DNA from: Octopus sinensis
Lineage: Eukaryota
Direction of reading: 5' to 3'
Assembly: GCF_006345805.1 (NCBI RefSeq)
Contig: NC_042997.1
Location: 193,192,001-193,256,000, forward strand
DNA length: 64,000 nt
This document shows, piece after piece, positions 48,765 to 60,092 of the stretch; position 1 is the first letter of the stretch, and every line of letters begins with the position of its first letter. Both the position numbers and the translations under genes were made by a program. The notes below the pieces were generated by a model, which was given only the letters and a program-made list of their open reading frames with translations, searched no databases and was not told the DNA's origin.

Positions 48765-51323
48765 CTAAAAGAAAATAAATAAAAACAAAAAAAAATATTA
48801 AAAATGATGGGAGCATGGATGATAAATTTATGAACTAAAAAAGGTCTCTATGTAAAGAAACCTTTCACAGTGAAAGTAACTGTGTTGTTTTGCAAACACA
48901 ACTATTGAGACTTTCAAAACCTCATCATCAGGTTTGTTTTCTTTTCAACTGAATTTATTTCATTACATATGGCGTTAGGAAGGGCATCCAGCTGTAGAAA
49001 CTCTGCCAGATCAAGACTGGAGCCTGGCGCAGCCATCTGGTTCACCAGTCCTCAGTCAAATCGTCCAACCCATGCTAGTATGGAAAGCGAACATTAGATG
49101 ATGATGATGATGATTAGTCGGAACTGTATCTTCAGCCGAGATGTTGCTCTCTTCTACATTTCAGCTGTGTATGTTCCAGTCTTCTTCAGGTATCCTGTGA
49201 CTCACCTGGGACTGAACTCAACTTCTGGGTGACTGCACTGCATCAACTAGCGCCATGTTCCATTATGCTATACCCATAGTGCAGTGCAGTCACTTAGACA
49301 TTTTGAGTTCAGTCCCAGGCAAGGCTGGATCATAAACAGCTGAAACGTAATGAAAGCACCAATCAAGATGAGGACACCACTGACTAATACGTAATATAAA
49401 AATTCCTCATTTCAGAAATATTGAAATGAATTTATTTATTTTACATATCACAGGCATGGCTGTGTGGTTAAGAAGCTTGCTTCTCAATCATGTGGCCTTG
49501 GGTTCAGTCCCACTGTACAGCACCCTAGGCAAACATCTTCTACTATAGCTGTGGGCTGACCAAAGCCTTGTGAGTAGATTTGGTAAAAAGCAAGGTTGTT
49601 TGTATCCAGTCTTCTGTGAAGAACATGCCTGGCCATGGGGAAATTTTACCTTGCTTGGAAACCCACGAGGGTTGGCAAAAGAAGTGCATCCAACTGTAGA
49701 AAATCTGCCTCAACAAATTTCGTCTGTACCATGCCAGCATGGAGAAGTAGATGTTAAATGAAGATGATGATTTCATGTTAGCTGTACACATATTATAATA
49801 TAGTTAAATACTGTAAAGTGGTTGGTGATACAAAAGGTACCCTGCTGTAAAAAAAAACATGCAAAAAACTTTGACACACAACGAAGGTAACTCGTTTTCT
49901 CTGAAGAAAGACCGTGACGAGTGACAAAACTCTATGTGACCTACCCGAAGCAAGCCAGCATGGAAAAGCAGATATAAAAAATCATGACGATGGTTATTGT
50001 ATGATCAAGAAGCATGAAAATAGGTTTATAATTCAAAGTAGAAATTATTCTACATGAGAAATTGTATAAAACACAAAAAAATATTTAACTGTTAATAATC
50101 AGGATTTAATAAAAATATGACATGTTAATTACTGATTTCAAAAATTAAGGGAAAAAAAATTTAAAAAAACCTTGTTGAAATATTCAGGAAACTAGCTGGC
50201 ATAAAGTCACTTTAGCCTTTTAGCATTTAAACTGGTCATATCTTATGTCTTTACTGCCCGGAAGGGGCTAAAAATAGAGGGGACAGACAAACGGATTAAG
50301 TCAACTACATCGACCCCAGTGCGTAACTGGTACTTAATTTATCGACCCCAACAGGAAGAAAGGTAAAGTCGATCTTGGCGGAATTTGAACTCAGAACGTA
50401 ACAGCAGCCGAAATACGGCTACACATTTCGCCCGGCGTGCTAACGTTTCTTATTTCTTTATTGCTCACAAGGGGCTAAACATAGAGGGGACAAACAAGGA
50501 CAGACAAACGGATTAAGTCAATTACATCGATCCCAGCGCGTATCTGGTACTTAATTTATCAATCCTGAAAGGATGAAAGGTAAAGTCAACCTCAAAGGAA
50601 TTTGAACTCAGAACTGTAGAAAATCTGCCTCAACAAATTTCGTCTGTACCATGCCAGCATAGAGAAGTAGATGTTAAATGAAGATGATGATTTCATGTTA
50701 GCTGTACACATATTATAATATAGTTAAATACTGTAATACCGGTAAGCATTTCACCCGACATACTAACGTTTCTGCCAGCTCACTGCCTTTAAACTGGTCA
50801 TATCTGGCTCAAATATTCTATTTGCTTTATGTTTGAACAAACCAGTTCTGACCTCTCACACTGACACTACAATATCATTCTAAAAATATACAATCACATC
50901 ATTGAAATTTCAAAGCTGCAAGATGATAGAGGATTAATCCAAAACAATATGAATAAATAAGCATTACATTTGACAGAATAATCTAAATACTTAAGGGTTA
51001 ATGATCAATGCATGCTACACATGTAATAAATAGATTCGCTAAATATCATCTTTAAGCTAAGTTTAATTATTAGACCATTACTTTTAGCTTTGTCTGCCAA
51101 TTACTTTAGGGAATGTACACAAAATTTAAAATGACAAAGATAAAAAGTTACCAATGCCTTTTGGTTGCTTAAATTCACGAATGCAATAGCATTTGTTTGT
51201 CTTTGTTTACAACAAAATGTAATATTACAAGAGGTATTCAAATACAATGTAGCAAATAGAGTGAGCAATGATGGAGTTGAAGAATTGTTTACGTAAAACT
51301 AGGGGAAATAAGTTGAATGCATA

Positions 51324-52200
51324 CAAGGTCTGATCAATAAGTATCCGGACTGTTACCATAGTAACAAAGCTAAAGCATGCAGAGTGAAGCTGCTTGGCGA
51401 AGATTGACCTTCAACTCTGCTGTGCATGTGCACTAAATTTTAATGTTTTAGCTCACTTCTGCTGTTTACAGCAGTGCTTGGAAGGAAGGTGTGTAGCGTG
51501 TGATCATCACATTGACCATGACAGAGAAAGTTGTCATGGCGATACCTGCTCAGAGGCCTACGCGAAGTTGCAGAAAGCATATGGAGAAGAGTGTATGAGC
51601 CACACAAGTATACAAGTGGTTCAGACATTTTCAAGATGGTCAAATAAATGTTGATATTGACAAACGTTCTGGGAGACCCGCAACCAGCAGAACTGAGAAA
51701 AACATCACAGCTGTGAGGGGAAATTGTCGAACCACGATCCGTAAGTTATCAGAAGATGTTCAGATTAGTTACGGTTCAGTTCAGTCCATTATCACTGAAG
51801 ATTCAGGGATGAGACATGTGGCTGCCAAGTTTGTACCAAAACTGCTTTCAGCTGACGAAAAAGGCACTTGGGTTTCAGTCGCACAAAATCTCCACGATTG
51901 TGTCGAGAATGACGAAAACTTTTTGAAAACTTTGCTTAGGCCTCTGAGCAGGTATCGCCAAGCTTTTGACAAAATTTGATGCAGATTCTCTGCTCAACTT
52001 CCTCTGTCATGGTCAATGCAACAATCACATGCTACACACCTTCCTTCCAAGCGCTGCTGTAAACAACAGAAGTGAGCTACAACATTAAAACTTAGTGTGC
52101 ATGCACAGCAGAGTTCAAGGTCAATCTGTGTCAAACGGCTTCACTCCGCGTGCTTTAGTTTCGTTACTATGGCAACAGTCCGTATTTATTGATTAGACGT
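51324..52200 (+). mobile_element. Mariner-derived element with inverted arms of about 240 bp around an N-terminal transposase remnant
   Basis: Arms 51324-51560 and 51937-52200. Core reads AYAKLQKAYGEECMS...TIRKLSEDVQISYGSVQSIITEDSGMRHVAAKFVPKLLS (mariner HTH and VPxxL linker). Confidence 0.88.
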
Positions 52201-54128
52201 AAATCAATCACAGAAAATAACGAGAAAACAAATCAATAATTGACATTTCCCGATAGTTACTTCTCTGTTTAGACTTTACAGAAACTAGAACACAGAAAAA
52301 GAAAGCATTTCATTAAAAACTGTGAAGAATAAAATCAAGCAGGATTGATGATAGAAAAGAAGAAAACTGTTGAGATATTCCATTCATTCATGTAATCATC
52401 GCAACATTAAAGGAAATTAAGGCTAATGTTAGATGAAAAAATATTTACAGTAACTTATAAGGTTTATAGGTGCAGATGTTGTTGTGTGGAGAGTAGTTTG
52501 GTTCCTAATTTCATTGTCCTGGGTTCAGTCCCACTGTGTGGTACCTTAGGCAAGTGCCTTCATCTATAACCCTCAAGCTGAACAAAACCACGAATAGATC
52601 AATCGGATCAATTGGCATAGGAGTGGCTGTGTGGTAAGTAGCTTGCTTACCAACCACATAGTTCCGGGTTCATTCCCACTGTGTGGCACCTTGGGCAAAT
52701 GTCTTCTACTATAGCCTCAGGCCGACCAAAGCCTTGTGAGTGGATTTGATAGACGGAAACTGAAAGAAGCCTGTTGTATATATGTATGTGTGTCTGTATT
52801 TGTCTCTCCATCATCACTTGACAACCGATGCTGGTGTGTTTACGTCTCTGTAATCTAGCGGTTCAGCAAAAGAGACTGATAGATTAAGTACCAGGCTTAC
52901 AAAGAATAAGTCCTGGGGCTGAAGTGCTCGACTAAAGGCGGTGCTCCAGCATGGCCACAGTCAAATGACTGAAACAAGTAGAAGAGTATGAGAACTAAAA
53001 GAAGCCTGTTATATACAAACGCACATTCTCCTGTGTGTATATGTTTGTCTCTTTGTCTTGGCGTCACATGATAGTCGTAAATGAGCATCACTGTCATACA
53101 AGCAGTGTCATTCCTTTCCAATATTCTGCTAGAACATGTCCAGCCATGGGGAAACAAGTGAGGATTGTCAACAGGAAGGGCATCCTACCTAAATAGACTC
53201 AGTCTAACTATGACAAGCATGGAAAAGTGAGTGTTAAAATGATGATAATGATGAGAAACATCAATTATCTATTTTTATTGACAGTTTATGTATAGGTGTA
53301 ACAAAAGGATAAAATCCCGTCCCAAGTCATATAGGATCGTAAGATCAGTTTCCCGGTTTTTGTAACATATATATTCCCTTCTGGATGAGATGCTGGTCTG
53401 TCACAAGATTACTCATTTTTGTCAGCTGAGTGGACTGTAGCAACATGAAATGAAGTGGTTTGCTCAGGAAAACAAAGCATTGTCCGGTACAGGAATTGAA
53501 ACCACAATCTCATGATCATGAGTCCAACACCCCAACCACTAAACCATATGCCTTCACGCAGATATAATACTGATATAAGAACATATTTCCAGAGTTGTTC
53601 TAACCATATGCCTAGGCATAGGAGTGGCTGTGTGGTAAGTAGCTTGCTTACCAACCACATGGTTCCGGGTTCAGTCCCACTGCGTGGCACCTTGGGCAAG
53701 TGTCTTCTACTATAGCCTTGGGCTGACCAAAGCCTTGTGAGTGGATTTGGTAGGCGGAAACTGAAAGAAGCCCGTTGTATATATGTATATATATGTACGT
53801 GTGTGTACATGTTTGTGTGTCTGTGTTGGTTCCCCCAACATCGCTTGACAACCGATGCTGGTATGTGTTTACGTCCCCGTAACCTAGCAGTTTGGCAAAA
53901 GAGACCGATAGAATAAGTACTAGGCTTACAAAGTATAAGTCCTGGGGTCGATTTGCTCAACTAAAGGCGGTGCTCCAGCATGGCCACAGTCAAATGACTG
54001 AAACAAGTTAAAGAGTAAAAAGAGAGAGCCTTTAGTCTAGAGCATTGGCTGTGCAACCCGTGTGTGGTGTAGTGACAGAAGGTGAAGTTATTGATAAATG
54101 TATTACACTACAAACAAATATTACTCAC

Positions 54129-54226
54129 AGTCCCTTGATGAAAAAAATTATTTTTTGATGTAAGGAGTTTCTAACCAGTTTTCTAATGGCTTCAAATACA
54201 TTCTTGAAGTTGTCAATATTGAGTAA
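54129..54226 (-). other. Candidate alternative (mutually exclusive) SUZ12 exon, 98 nt
   Basis: tatttttgttag acceptor, GTGAGT donor. Open in phase 0 to 2 (LLNIDNFKNVFEAIRKLVRNSLHQKIIFFIKG) with partial similarity to the 80-nt exon. No transcript evidence. Confidence 0.35.
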
Positions 54227-54629
54227 CTAACAAAAATACTTCTTGACAAAGATGAAGTTTAGCCTTGACACTAGATGCATGCCAACCTCAACTTTAAGCT
54301 TAGAGCCAAACACAAAATTTATGTATCTGTGAATATTGCTTACCCAAATTTGTAAATTTTTTAGATGAATTTTGGATTAGGGTCCTTGTTTCTGTTGTTA
54401 TAGCCAGAATGTTTTGGGTAGAGTGGCCTCCAATCTTCTTCCGGTATGTCACCCCAACTCATATTATTACAGATCAATCAGTGATAAGCATAACATGGAT
54501 TACAATTGAGAGTAGTAGCATGTAATACCGGATCAGTGATGAATGATTCAGTTTCATGTACTAAATATACAAAAACACTTATTACTAAGAGAAGCCAAGA
54601 GTGGAAGCAAGTGTTAGGCTAAACACCGC

Positions 54630-54840
54630 GTGATCCCCAACCACTCCTCATTCCAGTGGCGAATGCCAAGGATATGGGGGCCAAGGTTGGGTTCCAGATC
54701 AGCCTTGACTGTCATCAGCCAGGTTTTTCGTTGTCCACCATATCACTTTCGTCAACCCTGAAGGGGAGCAGGGGTAATTGCTCCGTAGATGAATTCTCCT
54801 GGTTGATGACGGAGGGCATGACCCAGCCAACGCAGCATTT
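54630..54840 (-). mobile_element. Degenerate RTE-like LINE 3' fragment
   Basis: Locally GC-richer; the reverse strand reads RWLGHALR, a motif typical of RTE RT C-termini. Confidence 0.5.
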
Positions 54841-56199
54841 AGCTGTGTTATTTTACATTCTACCAAAGCTGACGGTCATAATTTGAAAGATGATAAAATA
54901 CAAGTCTCACACTGTTGTGTATTCAATTCAAGCAAGAAATACCTATTTCAAAAAAATTTTGAAATAGAAATTTTTACTAGCTCTTCTGAATTCAAAATGC
55001 TACTGCTATTCAAAAAACTTTATGTCCTCTCCAAAATACAACAGCAACAAAAATTTTACAAGTGTGAAATAATATAGAGGCATTGAAATTTTTGAAGTAA
55101 CATGACTGGATGCACTTCCTAATGCCAACCATTTCGCAGTAAAATGCACCCAGTATGCTCTGTAAGGTGGTTGGCATTATGAAGGACTCCTAGCCACAGA
55201 AACCATGCCAAAGCAGACACTGCAGTTTGATACAGTCTTCTGGCTTACCAGCTCCTGCCCAACTGTCCAATCCATGCCAGTATGGAAAACAGGTGTTACA
55301 TCATGATGATGAAAAGGCAGATGATTTAGTATTCAGCCCCATCTACACCTCAATCACCCGAATCTGTTTCTCCTTCACCTCATCATGTTCTGGCTTTGGA
55401 TTTCCCCTTACACCAGTTCATCTGCAATCATCTTGTCTTCTACCCACACTATCAGCCATTTCCCCTTTAACCTCGTTACCTTAATCACTGATCCCTTTAA
55501 TGTGCTCTTGCTTCATTCCCTTCCACTCACCCTGTTGGTTATGTTACCCAGAATGAGCAACAAGGACTCCTCTGTCTTGCTGAGTACAAGGCAACTTCAT
55601 TAGTGCTGGTGCCATGAGAAAATGCAACCAGAACAACCAACACAGTGGTTGATGAAAGAGCAGATACCGAGGACCCTTTAGTCTTGGCCTCTCTTAAGCT
55701 GCTGCTATGATAGATAATACACCACATACACCCTGTAAACTGGTTGGTGTTAGGAAGAGTAACATGCTAAAAATAGAACACACGAAGGAAACAATCCTCT
55801 GACCCATTCAGCAGAGCAGCAAGCCGTTTAAGAATTTGGACCTGGAGATCTCCATTTCCAGCGACTTTGAGGGCTACCTCCCAGTGGTGTCGGATGTCAA
55901 CGAAGAGCCCTCAACTACAACAAAACGACCAAAGTTTTTTTTTTCTCCAAGGTCTGGGGTCTCTCACCCCTAAGCCCTAGACCATCATCTAATCACCTTT
56001 ACCCGTCTTGTTGCTTAACAACAACAACAGCAGCAGCAGCAGAGCAGCAACTCCAAATAAGACCTAACTCGGGCAGGGACAATCCATCCAACCAGAAAGG
56101 TAGATAAAATGAACATAAAATGATGATGAGGATGATGGTGATATCAGAGGTTTAGTGATAATAGATTAACTCACATGTGTGGTCTGCCACAAAGTTCAG

Positions 56200-56640
56200 T
56201 CCTTGTTGTGACGAGGTGGTTTGTGTGCCTCTGCGACCCCAAGAGCTATGTCAGTAGAGTACAAGCTCCTGATAGGGTCTCGCATGCTGGACAGGTCAAA
56301 GGATAGAGTCCAGACTAATATGGACCACCTCTGTCCAGAAGTAAAAATGGATTTGCGTAGGGTCAGCATAGGGCCAACACCCCTACCTAGAAAAAAAGCA
56401 AAGTTACAGAAGCATCGATGACAGTTCAAAATCCAACAAGACCTGGGAGAGGGAAAGACCATCCCTCAGGAAAGCAGGATGCTGAGGCAGAGATAAAAAA
56501 GCAAGGTTCCAACTGGATAGAAGCAGAAAAGGACAGCCAAGTGTTGAGAACAGTGGTGAAAAGTCATTGGCAGCATCTGTTCCATGGAGAGTGGAAGGCT
56601 TAAGTAGTAAGTGGCACATGTGAGGTGCAATTAAGGATTG
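56200..56640 (+). mobile_element. Probable RTE LINE 5' UTR/ORF-start remnant
   Basis: CCTTGTTGTGACGAGG...AGAGCTATG...CATGCTGGACAGGTCAAAGG...CCAGAC layout resembles RTE 5' ends as recalled; not verified. Confidence 0.45.
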
Positions 56641-56831
56641 TAACTCCAGCCTGGAATTGAAACTGAAGCAGAGACCCAGTTCGTTGAATACTCACTATTA
56701 ATCTCCCCACAAACACACTAACATGCATGCATTCAGATCAAATAGGCATTAGTTACAGGCATTAGAGAGCAGTTAACAAATATAGTGAAAGTAAAAGGAC
56801 TGAGCCGACACTGTGTCAACAATTTGCTTAC

Positions 56832-56911
56832 TTGTTTTTCATAATGTGCAGATTCCACAACTTCATTAATTCCTTTTCACCCTCATTTACATCTGTGAAC
56901 TCATCAATCAT
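56832..56911 (-). CDS. SUZ12: SUZ12 VEFS-box exon (80 nt)
   Basis: ttctttctgtag acceptor, GTAAGC donor. Encodes MIDEFTDVNEGEKELMKLWNLHIMKN. Phase 0 to 2. Confidence 0.97.
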
Positions 56912-57009
56912 CTACAGAAAGAAAATAGATAGTAACCAATACAATTATAATGAACTTAATTACAGTGTTGCTTTAATCAAATAATTCAAATATAAAAAAA
57001 TATAAATGC

Positions 57010-57255
57010 GCCCATTTTAAAGCCTAACCAGGCTAATGGGCCCGGTTTCCCAGTTTCTATGGCGTATGTGTTCCCCAGCTGGACGGGATGCCAGTCCATC
57101 GCAGCGTTACTCATTTTTGCCAGCTGAGTGGACTGGAGCAACGTGAAATGAAGTGTTTTGCTCAAGAACACAACACGTTGCCCAGTCCAGGAATTGAAAC
57201 CACAATCTTGCGATCATGGTGCTGACACCCTAACCACTAAGCCATGCGCCTCCAC
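57010..57255 (-). mobile_element. SINE family F (tRNA-like head, GCGATGGACTGGCATCCCGTCCAG body)
   Basis: GGAGGCGCATGGCTTAGTGGTTAGGG head. Related copies at 53330-53560, 58290-58410, 1945-2080. Confidence 0.8.
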
Positions 57256-57520
57256 AATTCAAATATAATTTTCTCTTTTTAACATCAAAACATCTGAGTA
57301 GTACTTCAGTGGAAAGGGATTTTTTTTCAGCAAAATCCATTTTGAAAATTGAAAGAAGCAAATTTAATAGCTGAATGCTCTTTCAGTTAAGCAAAATAAA
57401 ATGGTGCTTTTGTGTAGAAGCACAACAATTATATATATATAGCATGGTTTGGTCACTAGAAACTAGCAGCAGTCTCTGAAATTGCTGGATTAATTACAAA
57501 AATTATATGTGATGAAGTTA

Positions 57521-57739
<219 letters not shown>

Positions 57740-58722
57740 TTAGAGTCTGATAAAACAACACAAGTATAAGAATTAAAAACAAAGTACCAAATTTGATAGC
57801 GTGTAAGACACACATTTTATCAAAAAAAAAAACAAAAAAACCTAGGACCCATATGGGTCTTCTATCAATTAATTTTATCCATGACATTCACTTTTCCTTG
57901 AATATGCACTACTGATATAGGGGTATATCTAATACCTATTTCTTTACTACGCACAAGGGGATAAACACAGAGGGGACAAACAAGGACAGACAAACGGATT
58001 AAGTCGATTACATCAACCCCAGTGCGTTACTGATACTTAATTTATCGACACTGAAAGGATGAAAGGCAAAGTCGACCTCGGTGAAATTTGAGCTCAGAAC
58101 GTAGCGGCAGACAAAATACCGCAAAGCATTTGGCCCGGTGTGCTAATGATTCTACCAGCTCTCCGCCTTTACCATCTGTATATGAGACATTCCAATGAAT
58201 AGAAGAGAAAAGCCCAATATCACTCTTGCCATAAGAAACGTAGTGAACCAATAGTATACGGCCTATTAGATGTCATGTTCATATATTGCAAGTGAGAATG
58301 CATGGCCTAATGGTTAGGGTGTTGCACTCACAATCACAAGATCGTGGTTTCAATTCCTGGACTGGGTGGTGCATTGTGTTCTTGAGCAAAACACTTCATC
58401 ATGTTGCTCTGCAATAACATTGACAAGTGATTCAGTGTTCTCCTGTTCAGGCAATGTTGATTTGATGGAAGGAGCGAGTTACAGAACATCACATACATTT
58501 AATCACCATAAACAAATCATTTGCACAGGTCATTCAGCAAAATGCTGAACACTCATAGGTCGGACGGTTTGACCAGGACTGGCATGCTGCACTAGACTCC
58601 AGTCTGATTTGGCATGGTTTCTACGGCTGGATGCCCCTTCTTAACACCAACCATTCCAAGAGTGTAATGGGTGCTTTTATGACCCACTGGCACAGGTGCC
58701 AGTTTGCATGACACCAGTATCT

Positions 58723-58940
58723 TATTTCTTTACTGCCCACAAGGGGCTACACACAGAGGGGACAAACAAACGGATTATGTCGATTACATCGACCCCAGTG
58801 CATAACTGGTACTTAATTTATTGACCCCGAAAGGATGAAAGGCAAAGTTGACCTCAGCGGAATTTGAACTCATAACGTAACGGCAGACAAAATACCGCAA
58901 AGCATTTCGCCCGGCGTGCTAACGTTTCTAGCAGCTCGCC
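58723..58940 (-). mobile_element. SINE A inserted into a D repeat, 17-bp TSD
   Basis: GCATGACACCAGTATCT at 58706-58722 and 58941-58957. Confidence 0.9.
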
Positions 58941-59502
58941 GCATGACACCAGTATCTGCCACGACTGTGATTTTTCTTGGCTTGATGAAGTAGAGTACGC
59001 TGCTCAAGGACACAGCACGCCACAGGGAATCGTACTCATGACTATGATTGTGGGCCAAATACCCCTCACCACTGGGCCACGTACCTTGACTCTCTTAAAT
59101 GTAGAGAAAAGGAGTGAAGCGATAGAGACAGGGAAAGGAAAGCATCAGTCATTTACAATTACAATTAGACTGAAATACAATCCATCTTTTCTAGCTACTT
59201 TACAATGAAGAAGAGGCAAAGACATTTAGTATTGATTAGAGAGAAAGCCTTCCAAGTGTTTATGTTTTTATTCTGGGAGTTCTAGCAATCGAGTGTTAGT
59301 TCTCTCTTCTTTCCATCACCCCTGGTACTTATTTGCCTATTTCCATAGTTCTTCATGCCTTTTAGTTGGGGGGGGGGACCAGTGTTTTTTTTCAGGCACG
59401 TTTAACGATCTGTCTGATTGTGAGTTTATAAACACATATACACACAGAAAGAGAAAAATGCATGCAGACAAGTACCTGATGGGGAAAAAAAAAGACACTT
59501 AC

Positions 59503-59592
59503 CGATTGTGTCCCTGAATAAACTGTCGGTTGATTTGGTTATCTGTTTCTGGTTCCATAAATTCGGATAATAAAGGATCAGGGCGTTTTGGT
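59503..59592 (-). CDS. SUZ12: SUZ12 exon (90 nt)
   Basis: CAG acceptor, GTAAGT donor. Encodes RPKRPDPLLSEFMEPETDNQINRQFIQGHNR (start of the VEFS box). Phase 2 to 2. Confidence 0.95.
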
Positions 59593-59794
59593 CTGGATGG
59601 TTGGTGGAGGAAAAAATATTTGTTTTATATATATCTCAGAGTTATTCTTTCCATTCACTTACTTCACAAACACATTGGTGTGTGTATGTATGTACACCCA
59701 CACAATCTAAATTTTTCCTACACAAGATTTAAAAAATAGGTATTTTTAAGGGGTCTTTAATGGCATCTTGCATTTTTTTAAACAATCATTTGGT

Positions 59795-60092
59795 CAAAAA
59801 CCGTTAGATTCACTTCAACATTTAAAATTAATTTACCAAAATATTTTCGTCGCTTTGAGACTGTAACCTGTTCAGACAAAACTTCATGCTGCAGCACGGA
59901 TTTTTGTCAGTGAACATGTTACAGTCTCAAAGCGACGAAAATATTTTGGCAAATTAAATTTAAATGTTGAAGTGAATCTAACGGTTTTTGTGTGTTTCTT
60001 AAATGGCTTATAAAGACCTTCCATGCTGCAACTGTTTTTGTTTCAGCACACAATCTCAGATCAGATCACTTGCTATGCAAGTACATCTCCGT
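59795..60092. mobile_element. Palindromic MITE (family of 13621-13862), right TIR intact
   Basis: Inverted arms 59795-59881 and 59901-59990. Ends CACTTGCTATGCAAGTACATCTCCG-TA. Confidence 0.8.

Noticed and set aside
48622-48816. 64-aa minus-strand ORF as a stand-alone gene
   Set aside because: Its start lies in a polypyrimidine tract and it has no recognisable family. Only the 39-nt exon interpretation is retained.
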